Shown piece after piece: positions 1 to 8,182 of a stretch of 64,000 nucleotides of DNA. The DNA comes from a virus. Its lineage: Duplodnaviria; Caudoviricetes. How positions within the stretch are numbered: the stretch's first letter is position 1; each line of letters begins with the position of its first letter. The notes below the pieces were generated by a model, which searched no databases, was not told the origin of the DNA, and worked only from the letters and a program-made list of their open reading frames with translations. The translations under genes and the position numbers were made by a program. The stretch spans positions 37,759-101,758 of IMG/VR virus record IMGVR_UViG_3300029288_000110; one strand, given 5' to 3'.

Positions 1-1238
1 AAGAGAGCGAGTACGATTACGCTATCCATGCCAAGTACACGCCGGAGCCGACCGCTTGTATCCGATGCGGGGTTATCGGGCAACTATACCGGCATGGTAT
101 CAAGAGGCAACGATTCATGGACTTACCAGTTCACAACAAGCGTGTTGGCTTGATAGTGCATCGGCAGCGTTACCTTTGCCGAGCCTGCAAAAAGACCAGC
201 TTTCAACCATTGCCGGATGTGGCTGACCACCACTCGTCAACCAAGAGGCTTTTAGCCTACATCGGCAAGGAATCCATGAAGCGTACCTTTGTTGGGGTAG
301 CCGATGATACCGGAATCCATGAGCGGACTATCCGGCGTTTATTCGCTATCGAGGTAGCCCGATTAGACCAAGAGGTCAAATTCGAGACACCCCGATGGTT
401 GGGGATTGATGAAGTTCACCTTGTAAAGAAGGCAAGGTGTCTCTTGACCAACGTGGAGCAACGGACTGTCATTGATATGCTGGCAACCAGAACAAAAGAC
501 GTGGTTAGCCGATACTTGTACCGGATGCCCGACCGCCAGTACATCGAGCTGGTGGCTATGGATATGTGGCAACCCTACAGGGACGCAGTAAGGGATATTC
601 TACCGCAAGCCACAGTGGTCATAGACCGCTTTCACGTTATCCGGTTAGCCATTCAGGGCATGGACACGATACGAAAGGATACCAGGGCGAGCCTTACGGC
701 ACGTCAAAGCCGGACACTCAAGCGTGACCGCTATATTCTTTTCCATCGCCGGAGCGACCTTGACGAACAAGACCAGTTCATACTTGACCTGTGGTTAGGG
801 CAGTTCCCTATGCTTGGCAAGGCGTATCAGTTCAAAGAGGACTTCTGTGACCTCTGGATGGTCAAGGACAGGCAAGAAGCCATAGAGCGGTATGAAAACC
901 TTAAGGCGAGCATCCCGACCGAGCTACAGCCCGCCTTCAAGCCTCTGACAACGGCTGTAGGCAACTGGACAGGCGAGATATTCGCATGGTGGGACCATCC
1001 GGTAACAAACGCTTATACAGAGGCCATAGCAGGGCTTGTGAAGCTAACCAACCATGCAGGCAGAGGGTATTCGTTCAAGGCGATACGGGCAAAGTTGCTT
1101 TACTCTAACCTGCCGACCCCTCACAGACCAGTGTTTGACAGGTCATTGAAAGAGCGACCGCCCTTCATGCCACTGGAAGAAATTATAGATTACGGAGTTA
1201 AGTTTTCCACACTCCGCATAATGTTGGAAGGGGGATAG
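1..1238 (+). CDS. ISL3-family transposase (5' end cut by window edge)
   Basis: Zn finger, LGIDE, AMDMW, DRFHV and TNAYTE motifs; identical to the C-terminal part of 61261-62541. Confidence 0.95.
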   Translation, partial: ESEYDYAIHAKYTPEPTACIRCGVIGQLYRHGIKRQRFMDLPVHNKRVGLIVHRQRYLCRACKKTSFQPLPDVADHHSSTKRLLAYIGKESMKRTFVGVADDTGIHERTIRRLFAIEVARLDQEVKFETPRWLGIDEVHLVKKARCLLTNVEQRTVIDMLATRTKDVVSRYLYRMPDRQYIELVAMDMWQPYRDAVRDILPQATVVIDRFHVIRLAIQGMDTIRKDTRASLTARQSRTLKRDRYILFHRRSDLDEQDQFILDLWLGQFPMLGKAYQFKEDFCDLWMVKDRQEAIERYENLKASIPTELQPAFKPLTTAVGNWTGEIFAWWDHPVTNAYTEAIAGLVKLTNHAGRGYSFKAIRAKLLYSNLPTPHRPVFDRSLKERPPFMPLEEIIDYGVKFSTLRIMLEGG

Positions 1239-1276
1239 TTTGTTTGAATGCATTACACATCATACGCCGGAAAGCC
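1..1276 (+). mobile_element. ISL3-family element, copy 1 (left part outside window)
   Basis: 1-1276 appears identical to 61304-62579; the copies diverge right after ...GCCGGAAAGCC, which defines IRR. Confidence 0.92.
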
Positions 1277-1541
1277 TCTCTTTCTTGATAGCATTGGTTA
1301 CTCGCCATAGGTCGGCGGCATCCGCATTAAGGGCACTTTCGGCTTTCATGGCTCGCTCTGCCCATCGGTGTCTATTCCCTACCAGACAGGGGATACATTC
1401 ATACATTGTGCCGACTTCAAGGTAGTCTGGTGGTTTGCCAGCTTGTGGATGTGGATTCTTAGACATCTGCAACCCACATTTGGCACATAGTTTTGGCTTC
1501 GTTTCCACGCCCTTCGCCGAATTATCATTTTGTGTGTTCAT
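1260..1541 (-). CDS. small Zn-ribbon protein; its 3' end runs into the ISL3 IRR (probably truncated)
   Basis: AGGAGG RBS; CAKC and CIPC pairs. Confidence 0.6.
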   Translation of the reverse strand: MNTQNDNSAKGVETKPKLCAKCGLQMSKNPHPQAGKPPDYLEVGTMYECIPCLVGNRHRWAERAMKAESALNADAADLWRVTNAIKKERLSGV

Positions 1542-1556
1542 TTGCTCTTTCCTCCT

Positions 1557-1571
1557 GTTTGCCGAATAGCC
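1557..1571 (-). repeat. 15-bp exact inverted copy of the putative ISL3 left end (GGCTATTCGGCAAAC)
   Basis: Reverse complement equals 59679-59693. Confidence 0.75.
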
Positions 1572-1639
1572 CATAAATTTCCCCTGGGTACATTCGCAAA
1601 AGACCATATTTTGACAATTTGGTTTTATGTTTCATCTTA

Positions 1640-1667
1640 ACCTCCTACTGTATGTGGGATACTTACC
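1640..1667 (-). mobile_element. left end of a GGTAAGTAT-type gene cassette (partner end outside window)
   Basis: 28 bp identical to 5384-5411 (GGTAAGTATCCCACATACAGTAGGAGGT on minus strand). Confidence 0.8.
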
Positions 1668-1749
1668 TGCTTTCTTTATATTGGCCTGTAGCTTCTTGGA
1701 CTACCCTAAAGGCATTGACCGCAAAATCGTGTTCCTTTTTCTTAGTCAT
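1668..1749 (-). pseudogene. N-terminal fragment of a small basic IS-associated protein (MTKKKEHDFAVNAFRVVQEATGQ), interrupted by the cassette end
   Basis: Resembles the N-terminus of small 'histone H1-like' ORFs seen beside IS1-type transposases; starts next to a GGTAGTG end at 1762. Confidence 0.45.
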
Positions 1750-1827
1750 ACTACACACTACCTCATTAACTGGCAACCGCTTTACTTCATGATTTGTGTC
1801 CATATCTCACCCCCGATAGTTTATTCC

Positions 1828-2421
1828 CTAAATTACTACCCCACTTGGTTCAGCGACAAAACCAACCAGCATTAGCTTATCTCCATCTGGATTTTCCACA
1901 TCTGATGTGATATCTACGCAAATCTGGTCGTCATGGCTAAAAATAAAGGGGTTGGGAAAATAGCCCTCAGCAACCAAATTCGAGATATCACCGAATATTT
2001 GCTTAAACTCCCTCTCTATATAATCTGATACCTTCCAGTCTTTAATAACTTTCAATATAGGGATAAGCATATAAAGCTCCGTCAATTCAACTGCAAATAA
2101 CGGGTGATTTTTCATGCGGAATGATAAAGTGCTTACTTTCGGCTCGGTAGAGAGCTGCGCTATTTTGTAGAAACAATAGAACCTATTGATTTCTACTTCC
2201 TTCTCAAACCATACCGAAGAGGTATGGGCAAGCTGCGGCGGTGTCCTCCAGGAAGAAATGCCCATATCATTCGACATTATTTTCCTGACCGATATTTGTT
2301 GCGGTGGATAATGACAAATCTGACAAGCACGGTCAATTAAAGATTGTAAACAAGATTTTCTAAACAATTCCCTTTGATGAAGGGAGTTTTCCCAAGAAGG
2401 TATCAAATACTTTAACTCCAT
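1828..2421 (-). CDS. hypothetical protein
   Basis: 197-aa ORF with AGGAGG RBS; AT-rich. Confidence 0.7.
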   Translation of the reverse strand: MELKYLIPSWENSLHQRELFRKSCLQSLIDRACQICHYPPQQISVRKIMSNDMGISSWRTPPQLAHTSSVWFEKEVEINRFYCFYKIAQLSTEPKVSTLSFRMKNHPLFAVELTELYMLIPILKVIKDWKVSDYIEREFKQIFGDISNLVAEGYFPNPFIFSHDDQICVDITSDVENPDGDKLMLVGFVAEPSGVVI

Positions 2422-2435
2422 ATTGTTCCTCCTGC

Positions 2436-2669
2436 TTATATAAACGCCGGATGTTTTCTTACTGTAACAGCGGGGCGGCTGCCTCTTTCATTAGCAAGAA
2501 CTTGGTCCATAGTAGCGCTTCCCGTTTCGGGTACTTGAAATTCAAATACCCGATAGGCTTCCTTCCTTGCTTCGGCCAAGGCGTCCTTGATATCATCCGT
2601 ATTAGTAAGCACAATATATTCAATCGTGTCGCCCTGATACGTTGCTCTTGCTTCCCACAGCATATCCAT
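2436..2669 (-). CDS. hypothetical protein
   Basis: ORF packed in the minus-strand operon. Confidence 0.65.
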   Translation of the reverse strand: MDMLWEARATYQGDTIEYIVLTNTDDIKDALAEARKEAYRVFEFQVPETGSATMDQVLANERGSRPAVTVRKHPAFI

Positions 2670-2690
2670 TCTTCTATTTCCCCCCTCATT

Positions 2691-3086
2691 TTATGGCCGG
2701 TGGCCCCAATCAACTACTATCACAAACTGGTCATTATCTTCCCGGACGTGTCCGCCGAAAAGATACTTCCCATCCAATTCAACGCCTTTTTCCACGGCTA
2801 TGTAAATCCCTTCCTTCGAGGAGTAAACATCAAAGTGCTCGAAAATAGGCAGCATCAAAACTATACCATCGTCAATATAGAGCGGAATGAAAAAATCCAG
2901 CTTTATATTATCGTTTAAATACTGGTCAACAGTAAGCAGGAGCTGCACCTTCCCATCGACACACTGCGGCGCCTGGTCAGCCGTTATTTCCACATACGGC
3001 GCCCTGCAATCCTGGACTATGAAACCGACACAAACAACCAATACAGCGAAGAGTGCGACCGCTATAATTAACAGAGTCTTTCCCAT
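2691..3086 (-). CDS. membrane-anchored or secreted hypothetical protein
   Basis: N-terminal hydrophobic helix; GGAGG RBS. Confidence 0.7.
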   Translation of the reverse strand: MGKTLLIIAVALFAVLVVCVGFIVQDCRAPYVEITADQAPQCVDGKVQLLLTVDQYLNDNIKLDFFIPLYIDDGIVLMLPIFEHFDVYSSKEGIYIAVEKGVELDGKYLFGGHVREDNDQFVIVVDWGHRP

Positions 3087-3118
3087 TCAGCCTCCACGGT
3101 GAAAAATTACCGCCTAAT

Positions 3119-3301
3119 CTATTTACTCCTGACGGGTTCTAAATATTCGATTCTCCAATAAGTTACGGCATGTGGCTGGTCGGGAGTATATTTTAGATTT
3201 GTGATAATACTCCCCTCGGGTAATTCCAAATGAGGGATTTCTTCCTTGGAATAAAATGTTTTTCTTTCATATTCTACAGAGTTAATGATTATTTTATCCA
3301 T
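3119..3301 (-). CDS. hypothetical protein
   Basis: GGAGG RBS; 60 aa. Confidence 0.6.
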   Translation of the reverse strand: MDKIIINSVEYERKTFYSKEEIPHLELPEGSIITNLKYTPDQPHAVTYWRIEYLEPVRSK

Positions 3302-3327
3302 GAGTTTTCCCTCCTGACAGTATTACT

Positions 3328-3834
3328 TTACTGTCCCACCGACTCAAAACGATATTCTTTTGTTTCTATCATTTGAGCCCTTACATTTATTCTCAAATCA
3401 GATTGGTAAACTAGCACAGCTCCACAAAATGGACAATAGTTCAGTGTTGGTTTTCCATACCCACCCTAGGCAAATTCGATGGCTTTCATGCCGAACCTCA
3501 ATAAAGAGGATGCTCCAAGTGCCTCTTTTAATTTGTCGCAGCAATAAGAAGGCTCTTTACCTACTTTTGTCCCATCTCTATGTTGCATAGGCTCGACAAA
3601 TGTACTCCCCACCGAGGGCCAATCATCGCATGAGACGACAGTTGCGAAATAAACTATACATGCCTTATTCATTATATCCTCCGTACAGTACCCTAGACCT
3701 TTAGGCATTAAGTGAGCATGTCTATTGTTGAGTAGCCAGTAATGATATCCGCCCTTTTCCGGGAGACATTCGTTACAGTATTCCCACCGACCGAAGCGAA
3801 GCCATTTTAAAAATCGATAAAACCTTTCTTTCAT
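3328..3834 (-). pseudogene. Cys-rich protein with an internal in-frame TAG at 3466-3468
   Basis: Frame stays open 45 codons past the TAG, includes NYCPFCG and ends just before the next RBS. Confidence 0.65.
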
Positions 3835-3841
3835 ATCGGCC

Positions 3842-4696
3842 TCACTCCCAGTCCTTTAAAAACGGATGGTATTTGAATATTTCTGCATCAACCTCCGGCA
3901 TCCGGGGAGTGGTGTAGATATTCATCATTCCGCCGCCGGCCCACCGCAAGAACTGATACACCCTTGTCTGGTCCAGGATACGCTTCCCATCCGCCCCCCT
4001 TAACTCATCCAATACCGTCGCCAGGCCATGGCGGACACCGTGGTAGCATTTTTTAGGAACGAATTTCACCCCGGCGACATTAGCTATCTCATGAAAAATG
4101 GAGAAGCGGCGATTATACCCCACGGGAGGATAAGTGTATTTGAACACAAAGGGGGCGATTTGCTCCGGCACGTCATGCTCCCGCAGCATACCGCCTTTCT
4201 CCGTATGGATGATGATGGTTTTCTTATACGGATGAATATCTTCCGACCGGACGCCAAAAAGTTCTCCGACCCGAAGGCCATATGTTGTCGAGAGCGCTAT
4301 GGTGTTCAACCACTGGGGATTGGAGCTCTTCTTGGCAGTCAGTATGAGCGCCCGGATTTCTTCCGCACTGTAGGAAAAGCGTGAGGCGAGGTCAATCATC
4401 TGCCGGTTCACCTTGGGCAGCTTCACCGGCACCCTTAGCCCATACATGCGGAAGAGGCAGCCTATCGGACCCCTGATGATGTAGTTTACATACGTTTGGT
4501 CTCGATTCTTCTTCAGATAGTCGAGATAGGTATAAAGCACATCACGCTCCTGCCAGTTCTTTCCCTTGAGCCAGGTGAAGTAATCATCCACATGCGCCCT
4601 GTACTGGCTCTTGGTCGATTCGCTATAGTACTGGATTTCGTGCTCTAGCTCTTTAAATATGGACTTCCTGTCTGTTGGTATTTTTTCCGTAGTCAT
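3842..4696 (-). CDS. tyrosine recombinase/integrase
   Basis: Catalytic residues in GLRVGE (R), EKGG (K), HGVRH, LRW and IYT (Y). Confidence 0.9.
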   Translation of the reverse strand: MTTEKIPTDRKSIFKELEHEIQYYSESTKSQYRAHVDDYFTWLKGKNWQERDVLYTYLDYLKKNRDQTYVNYIIRGPIGCLFRMYGLRVPVKLPKVNRQMIDLASRFSYSAEEIRALILTAKKSSNPQWLNTIALSTTYGLRVGELFGVRSEDIHPYKKTIIIHTEKGGMLREHDVPEQIAPFVFKYTYPPVGYNRRFSIFHEIANVAGVKFVPKKCYHGVRHGLATVLDELRGADGKRILDQTRVYQFLRWAGGGMMNIYTTPRMPEVDAEIFKYHPFLKDWE

Positions 4697-4712
4697 TACT
4701 ACTCCTCTACCC

Positions 4713-4925
4713 TCAGCGTTTAAAAGTCTTCCTCTCATGCGGTTTCTTCCGCTGGTAAGTAGCCTCCAAGGAAGTCATCTTGGGATTCCAGTGATAATCA
4801 ATCACCATCACATCACAACCCAGTTTCTTCCTGATAGCGCTTGTAACAGCGGAGGACCCGCACCCGGGCGCCTCATCAAATTCCTCCATGGTTATAGTTA
4901 TCTTTTCCGTATCAATATATTTCAC
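4713..4925 (-). CDS. hypothetical protein
   Basis: ORF with GGGAG RBS between the tRNA and the integrase. Confidence 0.6.
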   Translation of the reverse strand: MKYIDTEKITITMEEFDEAPGCGSSAVTSAIRKKLGCDVMVIDYHWNPKMTSLEATYQRKKPHERKTFKR

Positions 4926-4937
4926 TTTTCTCCCTTT

Positions 4938-5025
4938 TGGCGGAGCGGGAGAGATTTGAACTCCCGGGAGCAGGCCCCAACGGTTTTCGAGACCGCCGCC
5001 TTAAACCAGACTCGGCCACCGCTCC
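4938..5025 (-). tRNA. tRNA-Ser(CGA)
   Basis: Cloverleaf GGAGCGG...CCGCTCC-GCCA, anticodon loop CTCGAAA, long variable arm, encoded CCA. Confidence 0.93.
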
Positions 5026-5035
5026 AATATTCTTT

Positions 5036-5411
5036 GGTAAGTATACCTTCATCTACAGTATTTCTTGAAATTGGCCATAATCCTCATCTTCAAGTTCTGC
5101 CATCTCTGAATCAGTCTCGAATTGGCAATTTTCGCATAGTCCACTTTTGTTGAAATCGAAAAATTCGTTGCCGCCCCAAAACTCACCACACATCCAACAA
5201 AAGCCCTCTGAATGGCAATGTTCGCCGCAATACCAAGATATATCATATGGCTTTTCGCTTGATTCCCAATCAACTAACCTACATTGGATGGTATCAAAGG
5301 AGCTGCAACCTTCATGTTCACAACGATGATTGACTTCAACTAACTCTCTCTGAATCATATCGCCAATTTCTTTAATCATTTCGACCTCCTACTGTATGTG
5401 GGATACTTACC
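5036..5411 (-). mobile_element. non-autonomous single-gene insertion cassette (376 bp)
   Basis: Ends GGTAAGTATCCC / GGTATACTTACC; perfect 8-bp direct repeat TATTCTTT at 5028-5035 and 5412-5419. Confidence 0.88.
5053..5379 (-). CDS. Cys-rich acidic Zn-binding protein (cassette cargo)
   Basis: CEHEGC, CGEHC, CWMC and CENC motifs; RBS supplied by the cassette end. Confidence 0.75.
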   Translation of the reverse strand: MIKEIGDMIQRELVEVNHRCEHEGCSSFDTIQCRLVDWESSEKPYDISWYCGEHCHSEGFCWMCGEFWGGNEFFDFNKSGLCENCQFETDSEMAELEDEDYGQFQEIL

Positions 5412-5439
5412 TATTCTTTTAGCCTCTCTCTAATCCTTC

Positions 5440-5850
5440 CTAGATTACCAGATGAATGTCAAATAATTGTCCGAGTGTCGGCGCTCCTACCCATTCCTTG
5501 ATAACATCGCCAGATTTGTTTGTGAGTTCGGTAGTAATTTTTATGTAGTGGCCTCCCTCTCCCGGAAGTTTTACCCTCTCAGAGTAGGATATTAACGTAA
5601 AACCACGGTTCCATAATTCAAACGGGAGACTACCCGTTAAATCATTATGTGTTCCCAGGCCAGGATGAGCGTCTAAAATGGAGTTGATTTCTCTTTTTAA
5701 GGAGTTTTCATCACTATCAAGCTCTGCGAGTTGAACTTCAAGAGTGACACGTTCCTCTCTGATACTTTCTATATCTGCCTGGAGAGAATCAAGTCTTTTA
5801 ACCGCCTCGCTATGAGAAAGTTCTTTGATAACCTGTGTTTTTTCTGTCAT
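5440..5850 (-). CDS. hypothetical protein with N-terminal coiled coil
   Basis: 136-aa ORF with RBS. Confidence 0.7.
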   Translation of the reverse strand: MTEKTQVIKELSHSEAVKRLDSLQADIESIREERVTLEVQLAELDSDENSLKREINSILDAHPGLGTHNDLTGSLPFELWNRGFTLISYSERVKLPGEGGHYIKITTELTNKSGDVIKEWVGAPTLGQLFDIHLVI

Positions 5851-5890
5851 ACAAATCCTCTCCTATAGCCTTATTTCCGTTACTGGGGGG

Positions 5891-6004
5891 TTAGCTTTCG
5901 TCATCATCTTCCTCTTCGTAACCGGCGCATAAACAACCATCTACAGAGCAAGAGCCACTAGGTTTATCATGGTCTTCCGGTGCGTGTCCGCAAGTACAAG
6001 CCAT
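5891..6004 (-). CDS. 37-aa Cys/His Zn-binding peptide (MACTCGHAPEDH...CSVDGCLC)
   Basis: Hand translation; below the ORF-track cutoff. Confidence 0.5.
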   Translation of the reverse strand: MACTCGHAPEDHDKPSGSCSVDGCLCAGYEEEDDDES

Positions 6005-6374
6005 CGCCTATTCCCCCTTCTTCTTTTCTTGCTTCTTCAATGGACTTTTGATTTATTGCTCTTTGGTAGGTGTAAATCTTAGATAAAATGCCATTTGCAT
6101 CCTCATAGGCATATTTTTTCAACCATTCAGGTGCCTTAGACCATGACTCAAAACAGTTGTCTGAATAGCTATATTTATATCTATCCCAAATATGTTTAGC
6201 AATCTTTTCCTTCACCTTTTTATCTATTGGTCGTTTAGTTAGAAACGTTAAAAACATCTTTGAATACTTTTGGTAATAGGAAAAATCTTCACAGGAACTA
6301 GTACAAAACTCCCACGAATTTTTACAGTTATTACAAGGACAACATTCTTTGGCTAAATCATCTTTTAATGTCAT
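5967..6374 (-). CDS. hypothetical protein, Cys-rich N-terminus
   Basis: 135-aa AT-rich ORF. Confidence 0.6.
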   Translation of the reverse strand: MTLKDDLAKECCPCNNCKNSWEFCTSSCEDFSYYQKYSKMFLTFLTKRPIDKKVKEKIAKHIWDRYKYSYSDNCFESWSKAPEWLKKYAYEDANGILSKIYTYQRAINQKSIEEARKEEGGIGDGLYLRTRTGRP

Positions 6375-6493
6375 ATTGTTACTACCTTTCTTTTAGAATT
6401 TCTTTTAGACGCTCTGCTAAGTCATTCCAATTAGGGATATCACTTCCCCAAGCACATTCACTTTGTAACTTCTCTAACAATTCAGGGGTAATT

Positions 6494-6730
6494 TTATTTT
6501 GTTATAGGTTCCCCGCAATGTGGACAAAAATCCCAAGCGACATGAATATAATATCTTCTGCTACTGGGAGTACCATCATTTTTCACAGTATTAAATGTGA
6601 CCTCAGTATTCCCCCAATCAGCATAACCAGATACGACAGTGCTATTTCCATACCTATTAGTGTAAACTTTACCGGATTGTAGCCGTTTTAGAGCTTTATC
6701 TATTACTTTTGTGTTCTTGCAATCACACAT
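6494..6730 (-). CDS. small Zn-binding phage protein
   Basis: MCDC...FCPHCG pattern. Confidence 0.7.
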   Translation of the reverse strand: MCDCKNTKVIDKALKRLQSGKVYTNRYGNSTVVSGYADWGNTEVTFNTVKNDGTPSSRRYYIHVAWDFCPHCGEPITK

Positions 6731-6921
6731 ATCTCATTCCCCTTTCAGTGGTTTACTTGAGACTACCGCCCAAATTTACGAGCAACTTCGACAGGTCTTG
6801 CGTTGTTACTCACGCTTTCATCTCAAGCAATCTGGCTCGGAAGCTTACGCCTATCCTCTCCAATTACTTGGAGGTTCCGATAGTTTTCTACAAGGACACC
6901 AGCATTTAGTTCGTTATTCTT

Positions 6922-7410
6922 TTACCCTTTCTTGTAGAGTTGCCCCATCAAATTCTCCAGCTCTGCTATGCGGGGAAGGAACCAGGGAGGATTGAAGGAA
7001 AGAGAAATCTTCTTCAGCTGGTCAATGAGGACATGCGTCTTTTCCGCCATGCGGTTGGCCCGGTTGAGTCGGCCTTCCTCAATGTGCTCTTTTATCGTGT
7101 ATAGCCGTTGCTCGATTGTCGCACAGCGGATGTGTAGATGCTCTTCGTATTTGAACTGGATTTCCAGGGCTTTTTTCTCATCGTGTTGCTTAGACACCCA
7201 GACGACGGCATGGCCCTTGGAAGAGATTTCGTTGGCCAGGTTGAAAGAGGTCTCACTGAAAGGAACGAGGTAGCAGGACTGCGTATAAGCGACGGCGCCG
7301 ATTGCCGCCATGGTCTTCAGAACCTCTTTACGGAGCTTGCTGTCTGCTGCGGGAATATCATACGTAATAAGCACATAATCCTGTGTAATTACCTTCACTT
7401 CGCCCTTCAT
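6922..7410 (-). CDS. PaaX-middle/Cas2-like ferredoxin-fold protein with helical C-terminus
   Basis: YVLITYDIP...LRKEV...G...QSCYL pattern. Confidence 0.6.
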   Translation of the reverse strand: MKGEVKVITQDYVLITYDIPAADSKLRKEVLKTMAAIGAVAYTQSCYLVPFSETSFNLANEISSKGHAVVWVSKQHDEKKALEIQFKYEEHLHIRCATIEQRLYTIKEHIEEGRLNRANRMAEKTHVLIDQLKKISLSFNPPWFLPRIAELENLMGQLYKKG

Positions 7411-7423
7411 AAAATGCCCCCTT

Positions 7424-7618
7424 TTACGTACCGATGAAATAATGCTTGCATTCGTTACAATAGGCATAGAGGATATCACCAAGAACAACTACCATCGCAA
7501 CCCCGCAGTGCGGGCAGGTAGCATTTTCAACATCCACCTCTTTCCACACCGGTCGCTTCCAGTCCCCATTGCCGTTCTTGTCCTGGAGTTTAAATGTCAG
7601 CTTCGCCTGGTCGTCCAT
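7424..7618 (-). CDS. Zn-ribbon protein
   Basis: CPHC and CNEC pairs. Confidence 0.7.
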   Translation of the reverse strand: MDDQAKLTFKLQDKNGNGDWKRPVWKEVDVENATCPHCGVAMVVVLGDILYAYCNECKHYFIGT

Positions 7619-7657
7619 ACATTTCCCCTTCAGCCATGATGAAAGATAAACTACTAC

Positions 7658-7686
7658 ATTATAGTAATATTACTACAGTTTGTCAA
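7658..7686 (-). promoter_or_regulatory. sigma70 promoter with palindromic operator
   Basis: TTGACA-17-TATAAT; perfect palindrome TAGTAATATTACTA at 7662-7675. Confidence 0.8.
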
Positions 7687-7718
7687 TATCCCAATGCCAC
7701 GTTTTTTATCCGGCGGAT

Positions 7719-7764
7719 AAAAGAAAGAAGCCGCCTGAGAGATTCCCCCCAGATGGCTTCTTCC
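7719..7764 (-). terminator. intrinsic terminator
   Basis: GAAGCC...GGCTTC hairpin with U-rich tail on the minus strand. Confidence 0.55.
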
Positions 7765-7928
7765 CTGTGTTTCCACAACCCTATTTATGTATCACTTTTT
7801 TTTATCGTTCTTGTCTTTGAGCTCCTGGCCGACTTCTTTCATGACCTTAATACCTTCAACAACTTTAACGAGGCCAGTTTCAATGTCTTCCGCTGCCTTC
7901 GCCAGTTTCTTCCCGAGGTTTGTTTTCA

Positions 7929-8180
7929 TCATACCCCCTTGAGCTTTTTAAAAGCCGTTGTGAGAGCATTGAACATTTTGTCCCGTTCCGTTTCCATGGA
8001 GCGTTGGCAGTTATGGAACCCGTTGTTTTTTTTTGTCTCGCAAAAACCGTTCCCCTGAGAATAAAGCTCGGCGCCGAGGATGACGAGGGTAGCGAGCTCT
8101 TCCGGGTCCGAGGTGTGCTTGATTTCATCCAGAACCTCTTCCAGGTTATTTACAACGGCCTTTTCTGTCGTAGCGGCCAT
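7929..8180 (-). CDS. hypothetical protein
   Basis: AGGAG RBS; operon packing. Confidence 0.65.
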   Translation of the reverse strand: MAATTEKAVVNNLEEVLDEIKHTSDPEELATLVILGAELYSQGNGFCETKKNNGFHNCQRSMETERDKMFNALTTAFKKLKGV

Positions 8181-8182
8181 GA

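Noticed and set aside
1-1276. Terminal redundancy of a circular 61.3-kb contig
   Set aside because: Identity ends exactly at the IS inverted repeat and the downstream sequences differ, so this is an IS duplication
3466-3468. Genome-wide TAG recoding
   Set aside because: Many genes end cleanly at TAG next to the following gene, and no suppressor tRNA is visible
6381-6775. Another IR-bounded cassette around 6494-6730
   Set aside because: GGTAAT and ACTACC motifs are present, but I found no matching target duplication
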